A stretch of DNA of 57,185 bases from contig JASLXV010000079.1 of NCBI GenBank assembly GCA_030740155.1, forward strand, positions 1 to 57,185, in the 5' to 3' direction. Each line of letters begins with the position of its first letter. The first letter of the stretch is position 1. The notes below the pieces were generated by a model. That model ran no database searches and was not told where the DNA came from. It saw nothing but the letters and a program-made list of their open reading frames with translations. Below are positions 39,477 to 50,738 of this stretch, in pieces. The stretch is from Dehalococcoidia bacterium. GTDB lineage: Bacteria; Chloroflexota; Dehalococcoidia; Lucifugimonadales; UBA3495. The position numbers and the translations under genes are program-made.

Positions 39477-39576
39477 CCAGACCCCGGGCCAACCTTGTTT
39501 ACGAGACATCGGTCATACCTCGTTTACCAGACACCGGGCCAACTTCGTTTACAAGATGTCGGTCATACTTCGTTGC
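39477..39576. repeat. Four tandem 25-bp units in A-B-A-B arrangement
   Basis: ccagaccccgggccaaccttgttta / cgagacatcggtcatacctcgttta / ccagacaccgggccaacttcgttta / caagatgtcggtcatacttcgttgc. Confidence 0.8.
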
Positions 39577-39689
39577 CCTTCTTCGCCGGCCCGGGCGGCA
39601 GGTCGCCGGAACATCGAATCAAGGCGTGCCCGGCCCGGCATTCTCCGCTCACATCGTGCGGTGAGCTTCGGCTAGCCCCCTCAGGGAGT

Positions 39690-40127
39690 CTATCCGGCTG
39701 CCTGCACCATCTGTTTGACCGCCTCCAGGGCCAGCCGGTACCCGTAGTAGCCGAAGCCATAGACCGCGCCCTTGCACACCGGCAGTATGTTGGAGACGGT
39801 GCCCCGGGCCGTCGGGTTGGACGCGTGCACTTCTATGACGGGAAACTTCACGTGGGTGATTGCCCCGCGCAGCGGCCCCGTGCCCGTGGTGTAGCCGGCA
39901 GGGTTGATCAGGGCGGCGTCGAAGTTCCGGTCGTCGGCGTCGTAGAGGGCGTTGATCACCTCGCCCTCGATGTTGGAGTGGAACATTTCCACCTCCAGCC
40001 CCAGACTCGCGGCATCGGCCCGAATCTGATCGTTGATCTGGTCCAGTGTCGTGGTGCCGAAGATGTCAACCTGAACCTTGCCCCGCATGTTCATGCCAGC
40101 GCCCTGGATCACGAGTACCTTGGTCAT
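39690..40127 (-). CDS. Type II 3-dehydroquinate dehydratase (AroQ)-fold protein, divergent active site
   Basis: SNIEGEVI, INPAGYT, PVIEVHASN, GFGYYGYRLAL match AroQ, but the lid motif differs. Confidence 0.8.
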   Translation of the reverse strand: MTKVLVIQGAGMNMRGKVQVDIFGTTTLDQINDQIRADAASLGLEVEMFHSNIEGEVINALYDADDRNFDAALINPAGYTTGTGPLRGAITHVKFPVIEVHASNPTARGTVSNILPVCKGAVYGFGYYGYRLALEAVKQMVQAAG

Positions 40128-40172
40128 GGATAAGCGCCTCCTTAAGTCTTGGCTTGTGGTGGTGAAGGATGC

Positions 40173-40730
40173 CTAAGGGTTGGGTTTCGTCTCGGGCTCG
40201 GTTGGCGTGTCGGTCATGTACCCCGCCAGCAAGATGTCCATCTGGACCATCAGCAGCTTGTTCCAGGCGATGGATGCCCTTAGGGCAAGGTCCGGGTTCT
40301 TCATCTCCCTGCCGAGCAACTCGCCGAGGGCCGTCTGTACGAACGACATGGAGCCCACCATGAACCGGCCGGGTATGGAGCCCAGGTGCGCCCGGTGGGA
40401 CGGGGGATGGCTGTGAACGACGCCGGTGGCCAGCACCTGTATCGGGATGTCCGCGTCAATCTTGAAGTCGATGGACCCGCGCAGCCAGCGGCCGAGGCTG
40501 GCCTTGCGCCGTACCAAGCGCTCCTCATCGATCTCTCCACGCTCGTCCTCGAAGAATTTTCGGGCTTCGGGGAAGCGCAAGAAGTTGTCGTAGACCGCTG
40601 CGGTAATCTCCTCCACATGGTCCAGGACCACCGGTTTGGTAGACTGCACCAGCTCCAATTCGGCACGGCCAAGGCCGACGAACTGGGCCACTTCCTTCAT
40701 CCGCGCGGGCCAATCGACGATATTTGGCAT
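40173..40730 (-). CDS. Protoglobin/globin-sensor-like single-domain protein
   Basis: FVGLGRAELELV..ITAAVYDNFLRFPEARKFF..GVVH..AWNKLL. GGAGG RBS before 40730. Confidence 0.7.
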   Translation of the reverse strand: MPNIVDWPARMKEVAQFVGLGRAELELVQSTKPVVLDHVEEITAAVYDNFLRFPEARKFFEDERGEIDEERLVRRKASLGRWLRGSIDFKIDADIPIQVLATGVVHSHPPSHRAHLGSIPGRFMVGSMSFVQTALGELLGREMKNPDLALRASIAWNKLLMVQMDILLAGYMTDTPTEPETKPNP

Positions 40731-41161
40731 ATGTCCTCCTGCTGCGGTTGCGGCGGCGCCTCCGGCCCCGGCCACCGGCAAATAGCCCCTTCTTATGGTG
40801 AAGGGTTTACTGGTTTCACAAAATAGCACAAGTTGGGGCTTTTTTGAACCGGGCCTGAATCTCAGCCTGGACCTGGCCATTTTTCGAGATGGCACCGGCG
40901 CTTGGAGACAGGGTGAACCTCTGCCTGGCTCCATAAGTCGACGGTCACAGCATCCGGCTCCCGTTCGCCGCCGCGGCTTTACCGCTCGCCCAATAGCCCG
41001 GCACTGGACTGGCAACGACCGCGTGACGCGTATCGATAGAAAGGGCTGGGTGTCCTTGACACCCGTCGGCAGAGGATAGTTAACTGGAACTTGCCCGGTC
41101 CTTCGAACCAGTCCCCTGCGAAACAATTGGCGCAGGGCAATCCCTACAAGTAGAGGCCGCC

Positions 41162-41971
41162 GTGGCCCATGGCAAACCAAATGACAGAGTGACCACCTGG
41201 GACATCGACCCTGGGTCGCTCCCGGTGCCGCTGATAATTGCCCACCGGGGTGATGTCAAAGAGGCGCCGGAAAACACCATACCCGCCTTTCATCGGGCCC
41301 TGGCCGCCGGGGCCGATGGGATTGAGCTGGATGTCCGGCTGACCCGCGACGGCCGATTGGTGGTGTTCCACGACCGGTACCTTGACCGGACCAGCGACGG
41401 GCACGGCCCACTGAATCACCGCACGTTTAGCGAGATTCGCGCCCTGGATGTCGGCGCCTGGTTCAGCCCGGCCTTCCGGGGCGAGACGGCGCCGACCCTG
41501 GACGAGGTGTTCGAAGCCCTGCCCCATGACTACCTGCTCAATGTTGAGATGAAGGTGGTCATCAAAGGCATGCGCTCGATTGCCCACCGGGTGGCTGAGA
41601 CGGTACGCCGGCACCGGCGCTGGGACAGCACCCTGGTGGCCAGCTTCAACCCCGTGGCCCTATACCACCTGCGGCGGATGGAACCGCGGATTGCCCGAGG
41701 CTACATCTGGTCGAAGAAACATCCCTATCCCATCCGGTCGCGGTGGCTCAGCCCCTTGGTGCAGGCCCACTGGTACGACCCGGCTGACGAAACCTACAGC
41801 CTACAGGCTCAGCGCAGATTTCAGCGCCGGGGCGGACGCGTGCTGGCCTGGGACGTGGATTTTGGCCGCGACCTGGAAAAGATGGCGGCGGTGCACCTGG
41901 ATGCCGTGGTCACCGATGACCTGGCGAACATGGTCGGGCGGAAGCGGGACCTGGCCCGCCGGCTGGCCTAG
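41162..41971 (+). CDS. Glycerophosphodiester phosphodiesterase family protein
   Basis: IIAHRG, PENT, IELDVRLTRDG..VFHD, NVEMK. Confidence 0.9.
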   Translation: MAHGKPNDRVTTWDIDPGSLPVPLIIAHRGDVKEAPENTIPAFHRALAAGADGIELDVRLTRDGRLVVFHDRYLDRTSDGHGPLNHRTFSEIRALDVGAWFSPAFRGETAPTLDEVFEALPHDYLLNVEMKVVIKGMRSIAHRVAETVRRHRRWDSTLVASFNPVALYHLRRMEPRIARGYIWSKKHPYPIRSRWLSPLVQAHWYDPADETYSLQAQRRFQRRGGRVLAWDVDFGRDLEKMAAVHLDAVVTDDLANMVGRKRDLARRLA

Positions 41972-42043
41972 TTCCGCCGGTCCCCATTTGCATTTCGAAG
42001 ACCGGCGGACTATCCGGACGACGGGCGTCTAGGGTGGGTTAGT

Positions 42044-42286
42044 CTAGCTGGAGGCGACCACATCGCGTTCCGAGGGAGTCTGGACCACCTCGGGGTGGCG
42101 GCCGTTCGCCTTGGCCCGGCGCCAGGCCGCGAAGCGGTCCCCGGCCTTTCCACGGACAGTGTCCAGACGGCCGGCGATGACGTGCCGGGTTTCCTTTCCG
42201 GGCTTCGGAGCCAGCAACATCCCGGCCACGGCCCCGGCCAATGCTCCGGCGAACAAACCTGCGGCGACCTTGTTTCCTGTAGTCAT
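42044..42286 (-). CDS. YtxH-like protein
   Basis: GLFAGALAGAVAGMLLAPKPGKETR. Confidence 0.8.
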   Translation of the reverse strand: MTTGNKVAAGLFAGALAGAVAGMLLAPKPGKETRHVIAGRLDTVRGKAGDRFAAWRRAKANGRHPEVVQTPSERDVVASS

Positions 42287-42778
42287 ATCCATCCCTCCTC
42301 TATGTTCTGCGGCCGGGTTGCGGCCCTTTCTAATCCCTATGACGTTCCCGCGGCCAAAAAGGTTCCGGCGTCTTCCCGACGACCCGTCTGAGATTTGAAG
42401 CACCTGATTGGCATACCATTCACTGTATAAAGCATCGCGCCCTGCGTCATCGGCAGGACTGATGAACTCTGCCTCGGCGAAAAGGGCCAGGGATTAGTAG
42501 GCCGTTTTACCGGGCCGGCCTGGTACTTTTGGGCTCGAAGCATCCTCCGCCGGGCCAAACCCGTGTGCGAGCACCTGTGACGGCATCTGTTCTGGCGGCG
42601 TTGAATTTGGTAAAATATAACTTGGATTAATCTGTCTTCCGAGTTTTCCAAAACCAGACCGGGACCGTCATCCCGACCCCGGAGATGCTGGAACGCCCAT
42701 TCTCAAAGCCGTTGGGTGGTGACATATGCCGGGTCCACGGAGACCTGTCGACCGACTTCTGGGCCGCCGCGGCCTTAG

Positions 42779-44620
42779 ATGACCGTCGTCGACGACATCA
42801 AAGGACGGCTGGATATTCTGGAAGTGGTCTCCCAGCACGTTCCCCTGAACCGTGCGGGCCGCAGCTATCGGGCGAACTGTCCTTTTCACCAGGAAAAGAC
42901 CCCCTCCTTCTACGTTTTCCCCGACCGTCAGACCTGGCGGTGCTTCGGGGCTTGCGCGGACGGCGGCGATCTGTTTTCTTTCGTCATGCGGGCGGGGAAC
43001 CTGGAGTTCGCTGAAGCCCTGAAGCGGCTGGCCCAGCAGGCCGGGATTGCCTTGCCCAACCGGGAGCGCCGATCCCAGCAGCAAGGTGCGTTTCAGATTA
43101 ACGAAGCTGCCCGTAAGTATTACCAGGAGGTTTTGGCCTCCAACCAGGGCGCCGAGGCCCGAGCCTACCTGGACCGAAGGAAACTGTCCGCCCAGTCTAT
43201 CGACGCCTTCGAGTTGGGCCTCAGCCCCCGAGACGGGGAGTCGCTGAAAAACTACCTGGGCAAGCTGGGGTACTCCCCGGAGCAGTTGGCCCAGGCCGGA
43301 GTGGTTCGCGTTTCGGACAATGGGTGGCCCCGAGACCTGTTCCGAGGCCGGCTGATGATACCCATCAGGAACGGCCAGGGGGAGTTGTGCGGCTTTGGGG
43401 GACGGACGCTGGACCAGACGAACCCCAAGTACCTAAACTCGCCTAGGAGCCCGGTTTTCGATAAGAGCCGGCTCCTGTACGCTCTCTATTTGGCCAAGGA
43501 AGAGGCTGGTTCCAAGGGACTGGTGGTAGTTGAAGGGTACATGGATGCCATAGCCGCCCACGAACATGGGTTCCGCAATGTGGTGGCCTCGATGGGGACG
43601 GCCCTCACCGAGCACCAGGTGGCCGCTATTCGCCGTCTCACCAACAGCGTCACCATGGCCCTGGATGCCGATACTGCCGGCCAACAAGCTACTCTGCGCA
43701 GCCTGGAAACCTCCTGGAAGGCCATCCAGACCAGGGAAGCGGGCACCGCCCGCGGCATCACCATGTACCGGCGGGAGGAAATGCCGGAGATCAAGATCGC
43801 AGTGTTGCCCCAGGGCCAGGACCCGGACGAGGTCATCCGGCGGTCCCCCGAAGAGTGGGTCCGGCTGGTGGACGGCGGCATGCCCCTGATGGCTTATGTG
43901 TTTGACGCCCTATCGGCCCAGGTGGACCCAACGACCCCCCAGGGCAAGGCGCGGATGGTGGAACTGCTGTTTCCGTTGATCGCCGCGGTGCCGGAACCTA
44001 CCCAGCAGGACCATTACTTCCAGGAGTTGGCCGACCGTCTGGGCGTCACCCAGGAGACCCTGCGGGCCACCATCGGAAGGCCCACGGCGGCCCGGCGGCG
44101 TCACGGCGCGGCTTCCCAGACTCGGGCGGCGACGCCGTCGCCCTTCGCCAAACTGGACCGGGATCCGGTGGAAGACTATTGCCTGGCTCTGTTGCTGGGA
44201 CACGAGGAGATAGAAGAAGTAGCGGGCGACCTGCGGCCCGAGTACTTTCGCCGGCTGGAGAACCGGGAGATATTCAACCAGTGGGTGCGGGTGGGCCAAG
44301 GCCACCGAGGCGAGGATTCGCTGGCGCCCCTCCGGGCCATCCTCGATGAGGAATTGACTGAGCACTTGGAGTCCCTGGCCCAAAAAGTGTTCCCGCCGCT
44401 GGACCAGTCTCACCGCGTGGCGGCCTTCCAGGACGCGGTCCGTCGCCTGGAGGAACGGCACCTCCGGGAGTTGAAGGTGGAGGAGCAGATGAAGTTTACC
44501 GAAGCCCCTCCGGACCTGCTGGAAGAGTCTCACCAGGAAGTTCTTGAGGTAAACCAACGATTGAAGAGAAATCAGGATATGCGCGGCTCGCTGGCGCATG
44601 ACATTTTACGAGGTGGGTGA
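42779..44620 (+). CDS. dnaG: DNA primase
   Basis: [11 protein letters not shown]n finger, KYLNSP, VEGYMD, DADTAG, DPD. Confidence 0.97.
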   Translation: MTVVDDIKGRLDILEVVSQHVPLNRAGRSYRANCPFHQEKTPSFYVFPDRQTWRCFGACADGGDLFSFVMRAGNLEFAEALKRLAQQAGIALPNRERRSQQQGAFQINEAARKYYQEVLASNQGAEARAYLDRRKLSAQSIDAFELGLSPRDGESLKNYLGKLGYSPEQLAQAGVVRVSDNGWPRDLFRGRLMIPIRNGQGELCGFGGRTLDQTNPKYLNSPRSPVFDKSRLLYALYLAKEEAGSKGLVVVEGYMDAIAAHEHGFRNVVASMGTALTEHQVAAIRRLTNSVTMALDADTAGQQATLRSLETSWKAIQTREAGTARGITMYRREEMPEIKIAVLPQGQDPDEVIRRSPEEWVRLVDGGMPLMAYVFDALSAQVDPTTPQGKARMVELLFPLIAAVPEPTQQDHYFQELADRLGVTQETLRATIGRPTAARRRHGAASQTRAATPSPFAKLDRDPVEDYCLALLLGHEEIEEVAGDLRPEYFRRLENREIFNQWVRVGQGHRGEDSLAPLRAILDEELTEHLESLAQKVFPPLDQSHRVAAFQDAVRRLEERHLRELKVEEQMKFTEAPPDLLEESHQEVLEVNQRLKRNQDMRGSLAHDILRGG

Positions 44621-44627
44621 CTATTTC

Positions 44628-46202
44628 ATGGCACGACGCAGTAACGGCCGGGAACTCAGTTCGGAGGATCTTGTGGAAAAGGGAGAGGAGCCCGAGGAGG
44701 GCACCAATCTCCGGGAGATCATCCAAGGAGTGAAGGGGACCGACGACGAAGGCTTGGGCGAGGCGGGCGGCGCCCCCCGGCAAACGTCGGATCTGGCCGT
44801 GGAGGCGGTCGACGAACCGTGGGAGGAACCGACCGTTCGAAGCGCCGTGGCCGGCGCAACCCCAGACGGGCTGGGAGGGGTGGAGAACGAGGAGCCGGAC
44901 TGGGAACCCGAAGCGGAGACGCTGGAGGTGTTGGACGACCCCGTCCGGATGTACTTGCGGGAGATAGGGCGGGTCCGCCTGCTAACGTCCACCGACGAGC
45001 GGGTCCTGGCCCGCAAGATAGAGGGCGGTAAGCACCTGCAGGGCCTGCAAACGGAACTCGTTGCCCTGGAAGGGCGCCCACCCCGGTCCTGGGAAATCAC
45101 CCGGGCGCTGTTGCGCCGGTTGGTGGCGGCTTCACCACTGGTCGTGGCCCTCAGCGAGCAGGTGGGTCTGCCCCATAACCTGACCCTTTCCCAGGTAACC
45201 GACCATCCCAAGCTTCGGGCCGCCATCGACGCCGGGTTGAACGTGGACATGATCGCCGCCGTCGGCGAGTCCCTGGGCGAGTACCCGGAAAGCATCTACG
45301 GGCGGGTTATCAACCTCTCCTTGAGCAGCTGGCTGCTTCCCCCCGACGCCATCGACGTGTTGGAGGACTGTACCCTCGACCAGTTGGGTACTGCCTTGAG
45401 TCTGCCGGAATGCTCCGCCGAGCTACAGCAACTGGATACCCTGTTCCGGGCCTACTTCAAGCGTATCGATGCCGAAAGCGACCGGGCCCAGGCCCATCTG
45501 ACCGAAGCCAACCTGCGGCTGGTGGTGAGCGTGGCCAAGAAATACATCGGCCGGGGCATGGCGCTGTTGGACATGATCCAGGAGGGCAACATCGGCTTGA
45601 TCCGGGCGGTTGAAAAGTTCGACTACCGCAAGGGCTACAAGTTCAGCACCTATGCTACCTGGTGGATCCGGCAGGCCATCACCCGGGCCATCGCCGACCA
45701 GGCCAGGACCATCCGCATCCCGGTCCACATGGTGGAAACCATCAACAAACTGATGCGGCAACATCGTAGACTGCTCCAGGAGTACGGCCGGGAACCCACG
45801 CCGGAGGAGATCGGCCTGGCCATGGAGATCGGCCCGGAAAAGGTGGAGGAGATCCTGAAAATCTCCCAGGAGCCCGTTTCCCTGGAAACACCCATAGGGG
45901 AAGAAGAAGACTCCCATCTGGGGGACTTTATCGAAGACCGGAACGCGCCGGCGCCGGCCGATGCCGCCTCTTTCCAGCTTCTGAAAGAGCAAGTGGACGA
46001 GGTGCTCCACACCCTGACCGAACGGGAAGCCCGGGTCTTGCAGCTGCGGTTCGGCCTTGAAGACGGCCGCAGCCGCACCTTGGAAGAGGTCGGCCGGGAA
46101 TTTGGGGTGACTCGGGAGCGGATCCGCCAAATCGAAGCCAAGGCGCTACGAAAGTTGCGCCATCCCACCCGCTCGCGCAAACTCAGAGACTTCCTGGAGT
46201 AG
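44628..46202 (+). CDS. rpoD: Primary sigma factor
   Basis: [51 protein letters not shown]. Follows dnaG. Confidence 0.97.
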   Translation: MARRSNGRELSSEDLVEKGEEPEEGTNLREIIQGVKGTDDEGLGEAGGAPRQTSDLAVEAVDEPWEEPTVRSAVAGATPDGLGGVENEEPDWEPEAETLEVLDDPVRMYLREIGRVRLLTSTDERVLARKIEGGKHLQGLQTELVALEGRPPRSWEITRALLRRLVAASPLVVALSEQVGLPHNLTLSQVTDHPKLRAAIDAGLNVDMIAAVGESLGEYPESIYGRVINLSLSSWLLPPDAIDVLEDCTLDQLGTALSLPECSAELQQLDTLFRAYFKRIDAESDRAQAHLTEANLRLVVSVAKKYIGRGMALLDMIQEGNIGLIRAVEKFDYRKGYKFSTYATWWIRQAITRAIADQARTIRIPVHMVETINKLMRQHRRLLQEYGREPTPEEIGLAMEIGPEKVEEILKISQEPVSLETPIGEEEDSHLGDFIEDRNAPAPADAASFQLLKEQVDEVLHTLTEREARVLQLRFGLEDGRSRTLEEVGREFGVTRERIRQIEAKALRKLRHPTRSRKLRDFLE

Positions 46203-46359
46203 GCGAAGCCGGGCCTTCGGCCGGTGAGGGGGCCGGGGAGACGGCAAGGGGTACCGTAAGACCCTCAACAAAGTGGCTAATGGCCGCATTGGTTTTGCTT
46301 GTAACTCGGAAATCGTGGGTGCTATACTCGTCCCGAATACGATTTGGGAGGAGGATCAC

Positions 46360-46572
46360 GTGGAAGAGTGGGGGATACCCAAATGTCTCAAGTGCGACGT
46401 TGGCTCATTGGTTCCGCTGTCCGATTACGGCGGTCAGGGCGCGTCAGTTCATTACAAAGCATGGGTCTGCATCAATCCGGGTTGTGGCTTCAACCTCAAG
46501 ATTCGTAACGGTGACATCTACCTGAACGAGCCAATTTCCCCCGGCGGCATGTCCCCTTCGCGGGTCCGGTAG
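46360..46572 (+). CDS. Small zinc-ribbon-like protein (70 aa)
   Basis: CLKC...LVPLSDYG...WVCINPGC; GGAGGAGG RBS before GTG. Confidence 0.7.
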   Translation: MEEWGIPKCLKCDVGSLVPLSDYGGQGASVHYKAWVCINPGCGFNLKIRNGDIYLNEPISPGGMSPSRVR

Positions 46573-46719
46573 CACTCATCGGGCCTGGCCCGTCGGTGCC
46601 GGGCTCCCCAAACACCCCCGGGTCTCTTCGGTTGTGGGAAGTGCGGGGCTCCACAAAGACCAAGTGCGAAAGCTGATCTTCACCGATTCGTTTTCTCATT
46701 TCAGGGTGAAGGAGGCGCC

Positions 46720-47700
46720 ATGGAAGCTGGTTACGACTACCTGTTATTGCGCGGGCGCCTACAGCGGCGGTTCTTCAAATACTCAGGAATATTCGTTCTT
46801 CTTTTGGGTGTGGCGCTGCTGGCGACCGGTGGGGCATATTACGGCTATGCGGCCCGGGCCGGGGCCGATCTGGACAACCTGAACGTCAGCGTGCCTGGCG
46901 TGCTCGCGGACCGGCCATCGGCCGCCCTGGAAGACGCGGGCCAAGGCTCTCTTACCGCTCCGGGCTCCGGCGCGGGAGCAGAGCTGGGCGGGCCGGAAAC
47001 CGCCGGCGCGGCGTTGCTGGCGGCTTCCAAGGATGGCCGGGCCCCGGCGTTGGAGGGGTCAGCCATGCTGCTGCCCGCGATCTCCGCTGCCGCCATCCGC
47101 AGCCAGCGGCTGTATCCGGGCGAATCGTTGGAGGCTGCCTCCTGGAGCAACCCCCTGGGATACGAGCCGCCATCCTATCGGGAGCAACTCCTGCTTCAGG
47201 GATTCACCCCGGTCGAATTCGGCCTGGCCGTGCCCGGAGACCGGTTGTCGGCCGCCGGCCGGATCATCGTGCCCTCCATCGGCGTCGACTCGGCTGTTTC
47301 CGAGTTGGCGATACTGGACCCGAGCGGAAGCCGGGCCTACGAGACCCCGAGCAACGTCGTGGGGCATATCCCGGAGACCGCCAACGCGGGGGAAGCCGGA
47401 AGCTCCTGGTTTTTCGGCCATACGGAAAGCCCCACGTTGGGAGAGGGCTCGGTCTTCTTCGACCTGCGCAAGATTCCCGGCAAGCTTCGTGACGGGGAAG
47501 AGGTCTTCATTGTCACGGACAACGGCCAGGAGCAATACCTGTACCGGGCCACGTCGACTCAGGTGATGCCGCAGGACGACATGAAGCTGTACGACACGGG
47601 CCGGGCCACCATCCACCTGGTTTCCTGCGTGCCTCGCCTGGTCTACGACCACCGGCTGGTGGTTACCGGCGAACTGATCGCCTGGAAAAGCACGACCTGA
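46720..47700 (+). CDS. Sortase family protein
   Basis: N-terminal TM anchor, FGH, IHLVSC, HR catalytic arrangement. Confidence 0.8.
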   Translation: MEAGYDYLLLRGRLQRRFFKYSGIFVLLLGVALLATGGAYYGYAARAGADLDNLNVSVPGVLADRPSAALEDAGQGSLTAPGSGAGAELGGPETAGAALLAASKDGRAPALEGSAMLLPAISAAAIRSQRLYPGESLEAASWSNPLGYEPPSYREQLLLQGFTPVEFGLAVPGDRLSAAGRIIVPSIGVDSAVSELAILDPSGSRAYETPSNVVGHIPETANAGEAGSSWFFGHTESPTLGEGSVFFDLRKIPGKLRDGEEVFIVTDNGQEQYLYRATSTQVMPQDDMKLYDTGRATIHLVSCVPRLVYDHRLVVTGELIAWKSTT

Positions 47701-48014
47701 CCCCGTGCCGCCGCTTCGGCGCTCGATAGGGTTGAGGCCTGGTTGAGGCCCTCCTAACCGAGGGGGCGCACCCTTCGGCAAGCTCCGGAGGACGAGTCCG
47801 CAAACTACCAAGGCCCGCCGGTATGACGGCCTGGATGCGGGCGCGCCCATTCTCCACGGCCAACCGCCCCGCCACTCGCCGCGCTAGCTGCCGCCTGTAA
47901 TACTCTCGGGCCCAACATTCGGCGGCTGGAAAGCCCTTGTGCTGCCAACCCAACAAGTGGTAAAAAGACCGGGTGCAGAGCAATCGCAAGTTGGACCAGG
48001 CATGAGGAGGCGTT

Positions 48015-49379
48015 GTGACAAACGGCGCGACAGCCAAAGTAAGGGTGGTGCACTACATCAACCAGTTCTTCGCGGGACTGGGCTCCGAAGAAGCCAACGA
48101 CACACCTTTGCAGGTGAAGGAAGGCCCGATCGGACCCGGCCGGGCGCTGCAGCAGGCCTTGGGAGAGCGGGGCAGCGTGGTATCCACCATCTTCGCCGGA
48201 GATGACTTCTTTGTTTCCAACCAGGAAGAAGCTGTCGCCCAAGTTGCTGCTTCGCTGCGGGAGATAAAACCTGACCTGCTTCTCGCCGGACCGGCCTTCG
48301 ACGCCGGCCGCTACGGTCTGGCCTGTGCGTTGGTGTGTAAGACGGCCTGGGATATGGGCATACCCGCGGTAACGGGGATGCACCCAGACAACGCGGGCCT
48401 CTCTGCCTACCGGCAGGCCGTTCTAGCCATGCCCACCGGCGAAACTCCCGTGGAGATGGCCGCCAACTTGAAGAGCATGTTTGGGCTGGGACTGAAGCTG
48501 GTGCGACAGGAGCCTCTGGGGCCGGCCGATGTCGAGGGGTTTCTGCCCACTGGAATGCGGCGCCTGCACCAGCGAGAAAAGCCCGGCGGCCAACGTGCCG
48601 TTGACATGGTGCTCGACAGGGTGCTGGGCCGGCCCTTCGTGTCGGAGATCCCGGCCCGGCCTTACGAGGCGGTGGACCCGCCGGAGCCGATCTTGGACCT
48701 GCGAGGCGTCGCCCTTGGGCTGGTCACCTCGGCGGGGATTGTGCCCAAGGGCAACCCGGACCAACAGTCCAGCGCTATTCCCCGCAAGTTGGTGTCGTAT
48801 AACATCACGGGCCTGAACGCCCTGATCGTGGACGATTGGGAGTCGGTCCACGGAGGATTCAAAGGCTACATCTACAACACCGTCAACCCCAACTACGCCA
48901 TGCCGCTACCCGCCCTGCGAGCGGCCGAGGCCAAGGGGTTGATCAAGGCCATCTATCCCAAGGTCTTCTCGGTGGTGGGCGCCGGCTGCCCGGTATCGGA
49001 CGCCAAACGCATCGGCGGAGAGATAGCCCGGCAGTTCAAGAACGACGGGGTGCGGGCGGCGATCATCGCCTCCACTTGAGGGAGCTGCAATCGTTGCGGC
49101 GCAACGATGACCAAAGAACTGGAACGGGAAGGCATAGTGGTGGCGATTATCAGCGCCCTCCCGGCCGTACCGTTATCCCTCGGCGCGCACCGCATAGTCC
49201 GTGGAGTCCGGGTCGAACACCTTTGCGGTGATCCGAACCTCTCGCGGGATCGCGACCGAGAGTTGATGTACAGCATAGTGGAAACCGCGCTGGAGGCGAT
49301 CCAAACTCCGGTGACCAAGCCCACGGTCTTCGACCCATCCTCCGACAGGTCCTCCAGGGAAGTGGCCCATGCGGCTTGA
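48015..49379 (+). CDS. Second GrdB-like selenoprotein B subunit, 454 aa, Sec355
   Basis: HYINQFFAGLG, AGPAFDAGRYG. TGA 49077-49079 read-through gives ASTUGSCNRCGATMTKELEREG and joins ORF 49107-49379. Confidence 0.93.
49090..49108 (+). promoter_or_regulatory. SECIS-like hairpin
   Basis: AUCGUUGC-GGC-GCAACGAU, 10 nt after the UGA; identical to 29994-30012. Confidence 0.8.
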
Positions 49380-50706
49380 GGTTGGCACCTTCCCGATTAG
49401 CGACGTGACCTTCGGCTCCAGCACGCAGTTAAGTGGCGGCCGGCTGGTGCTGAACAAGCAGGAAATGCTGGATATCGTGCTCCTGGACCCGTTCGTCGCC
49501 CAGGCGGATGTCCACATCGCCAGGCCGGGTGAGTCGGTCCGGATTATCGAGTACGAAAACGTCATCGAGCCCAAACTAAAGGTCGACGGCGAGGGCACCG
49601 CTTATCCTGGCGTATGCGGCAGGCCCACGGAGATGGTGGGCACCGGGCGCACCCACCGGCTGGCCGGGGTGGCGGTCGTGGAATGCCTAGACTTGACCGG
49701 TATGATCGAGTCGGCGCCAGGGGAAACCAGGCAATGGAGCAGGGAGCGCGTACTCGACATCCGGTTCATCGACATGAGCGGCCCGGGAGCGGTTCACCAT
49801 TATGCGTCGCAAATAAGCATCTGCCTCGTGGTGAGACCCATCGCCAACCTGCCGGCCCAAGAACAGCATTACGCGTCATTCTCCAATGCGTTGAAAATTG
49901 CGGACTACCTGGCGGAGGTGACCAGGGACCTGGAACCACCCGAGGTTGAGATATTCGATACGGCCCCGTCCCCCGGCTTGCCGGGCGTAGTGTACATCCC
50001 TCACCTGGCTTCCTCGGAGCCGGTGGCGGGCGCCCAAGGGAGTTACGGGAGCGCCGTTTACGGCCAGATCAGGCTGTCGGCGCCCTGGCTCCTGTCCGGT
50101 ACGGAGATGGTTGATGGAGCGGTCTGCGGTGGTGGCCCCGGCGGAAACTCTGGGGGCGGCTCCACCTGGGTGATGGCCAACAACCCCGTCGTGCTGGATC
50201 TGTGGCGGCGCCATGGCAAGGATCTAAACTTCCGGGGGTGCATCATCCAGCGGACGAATTGGACGGACCAAAGAGAGTACCGGGTGGCGGCTGACCGGGC
50301 GTCACTGCTTGCCGTTGAGCTGGGCGCCGAAGGGGCCATCTTGACCACGGATGTCCGGGGACAGCGCTTTGTTGGAACCATGCTGACTCTGGAGTCTTGC
50401 GAGCGCGCCGGCATCAAGACCGTTCTGCTGACCGAGGAGGAAGACAACGAGAACGGAGCCGCTCCTCCGTTCCTGTTCGTGCCCCCGGAGTTTGCGGCCG
50501 GGGTCTCCACCGGCACCGGCGACATGCCGCACCCCTTCCCTCCGGTCTCGGACGTCATCGGCACCATCGACCCCGCGCCGGAGCATTGGTTCCAAGAGCA
50601 GCCACCGGTTCACGGGCGTTACGGGCTCAGACATCTGTCGGACTACTGCGGGTTCGGAAAGCAGAGCTACGCCGATTTTTTCGCCGTCCCCGGCGTCTCG
50701 CCGTAG
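49369..50706 (+). CDS. Second GrdE/PrdA-like component B subunit
   Basis: MRLEVG, ARPGESVRII..VIEPK, GTGRTHRL, IDMSGPGA, EMVDGAV. Confidence 0.85.
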   Translation: MRLEVGTFPISDVTFGSSTQLSGGRLVLNKQEMLDIVLLDPFVAQADVHIARPGESVRIIEYENVIEPKLKVDGEGTAYPGVCGRPTEMVGTGRTHRLAGVAVVECLDLTGMIESAPGETRQWSRERVLDIRFIDMSGPGAVHHYASQISICLVVRPIANLPAQEQHYASFSNALKIADYLAEVTRDLEPPEVEIFDTAPSPGLPGVVYIPHLASSEPVAGAQGSYGSAVYGQIRLSAPWLLSGTEMVDGAVCGGGPGGNSGGGSTWVMANNPVVLDLWRRHGKDLNFRGCIIQRTNWTDQREYRVAADRASLLAVELGAEGAILTTDVRGQRFVGTMLTLESCERAGIKTVLLTEEEDNENGAAPPFLFVPPEFAAGVSTGTGDMPHPFPPVSDVIGTIDPAPEHWFQEQPPVHGRYGLRHLSDYCGFGKQSYADFFAVPGVSP

Positions 50707-50738
50707 CACAAACTGAGCGAGACCAGGGTTCGGAAGCT

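Noticed and set aside
39315..39576. Possible CRISPR array
   Set aside because: Palindromic REP units and tandem repeats without regular unique spacers; no cas genes in the window.
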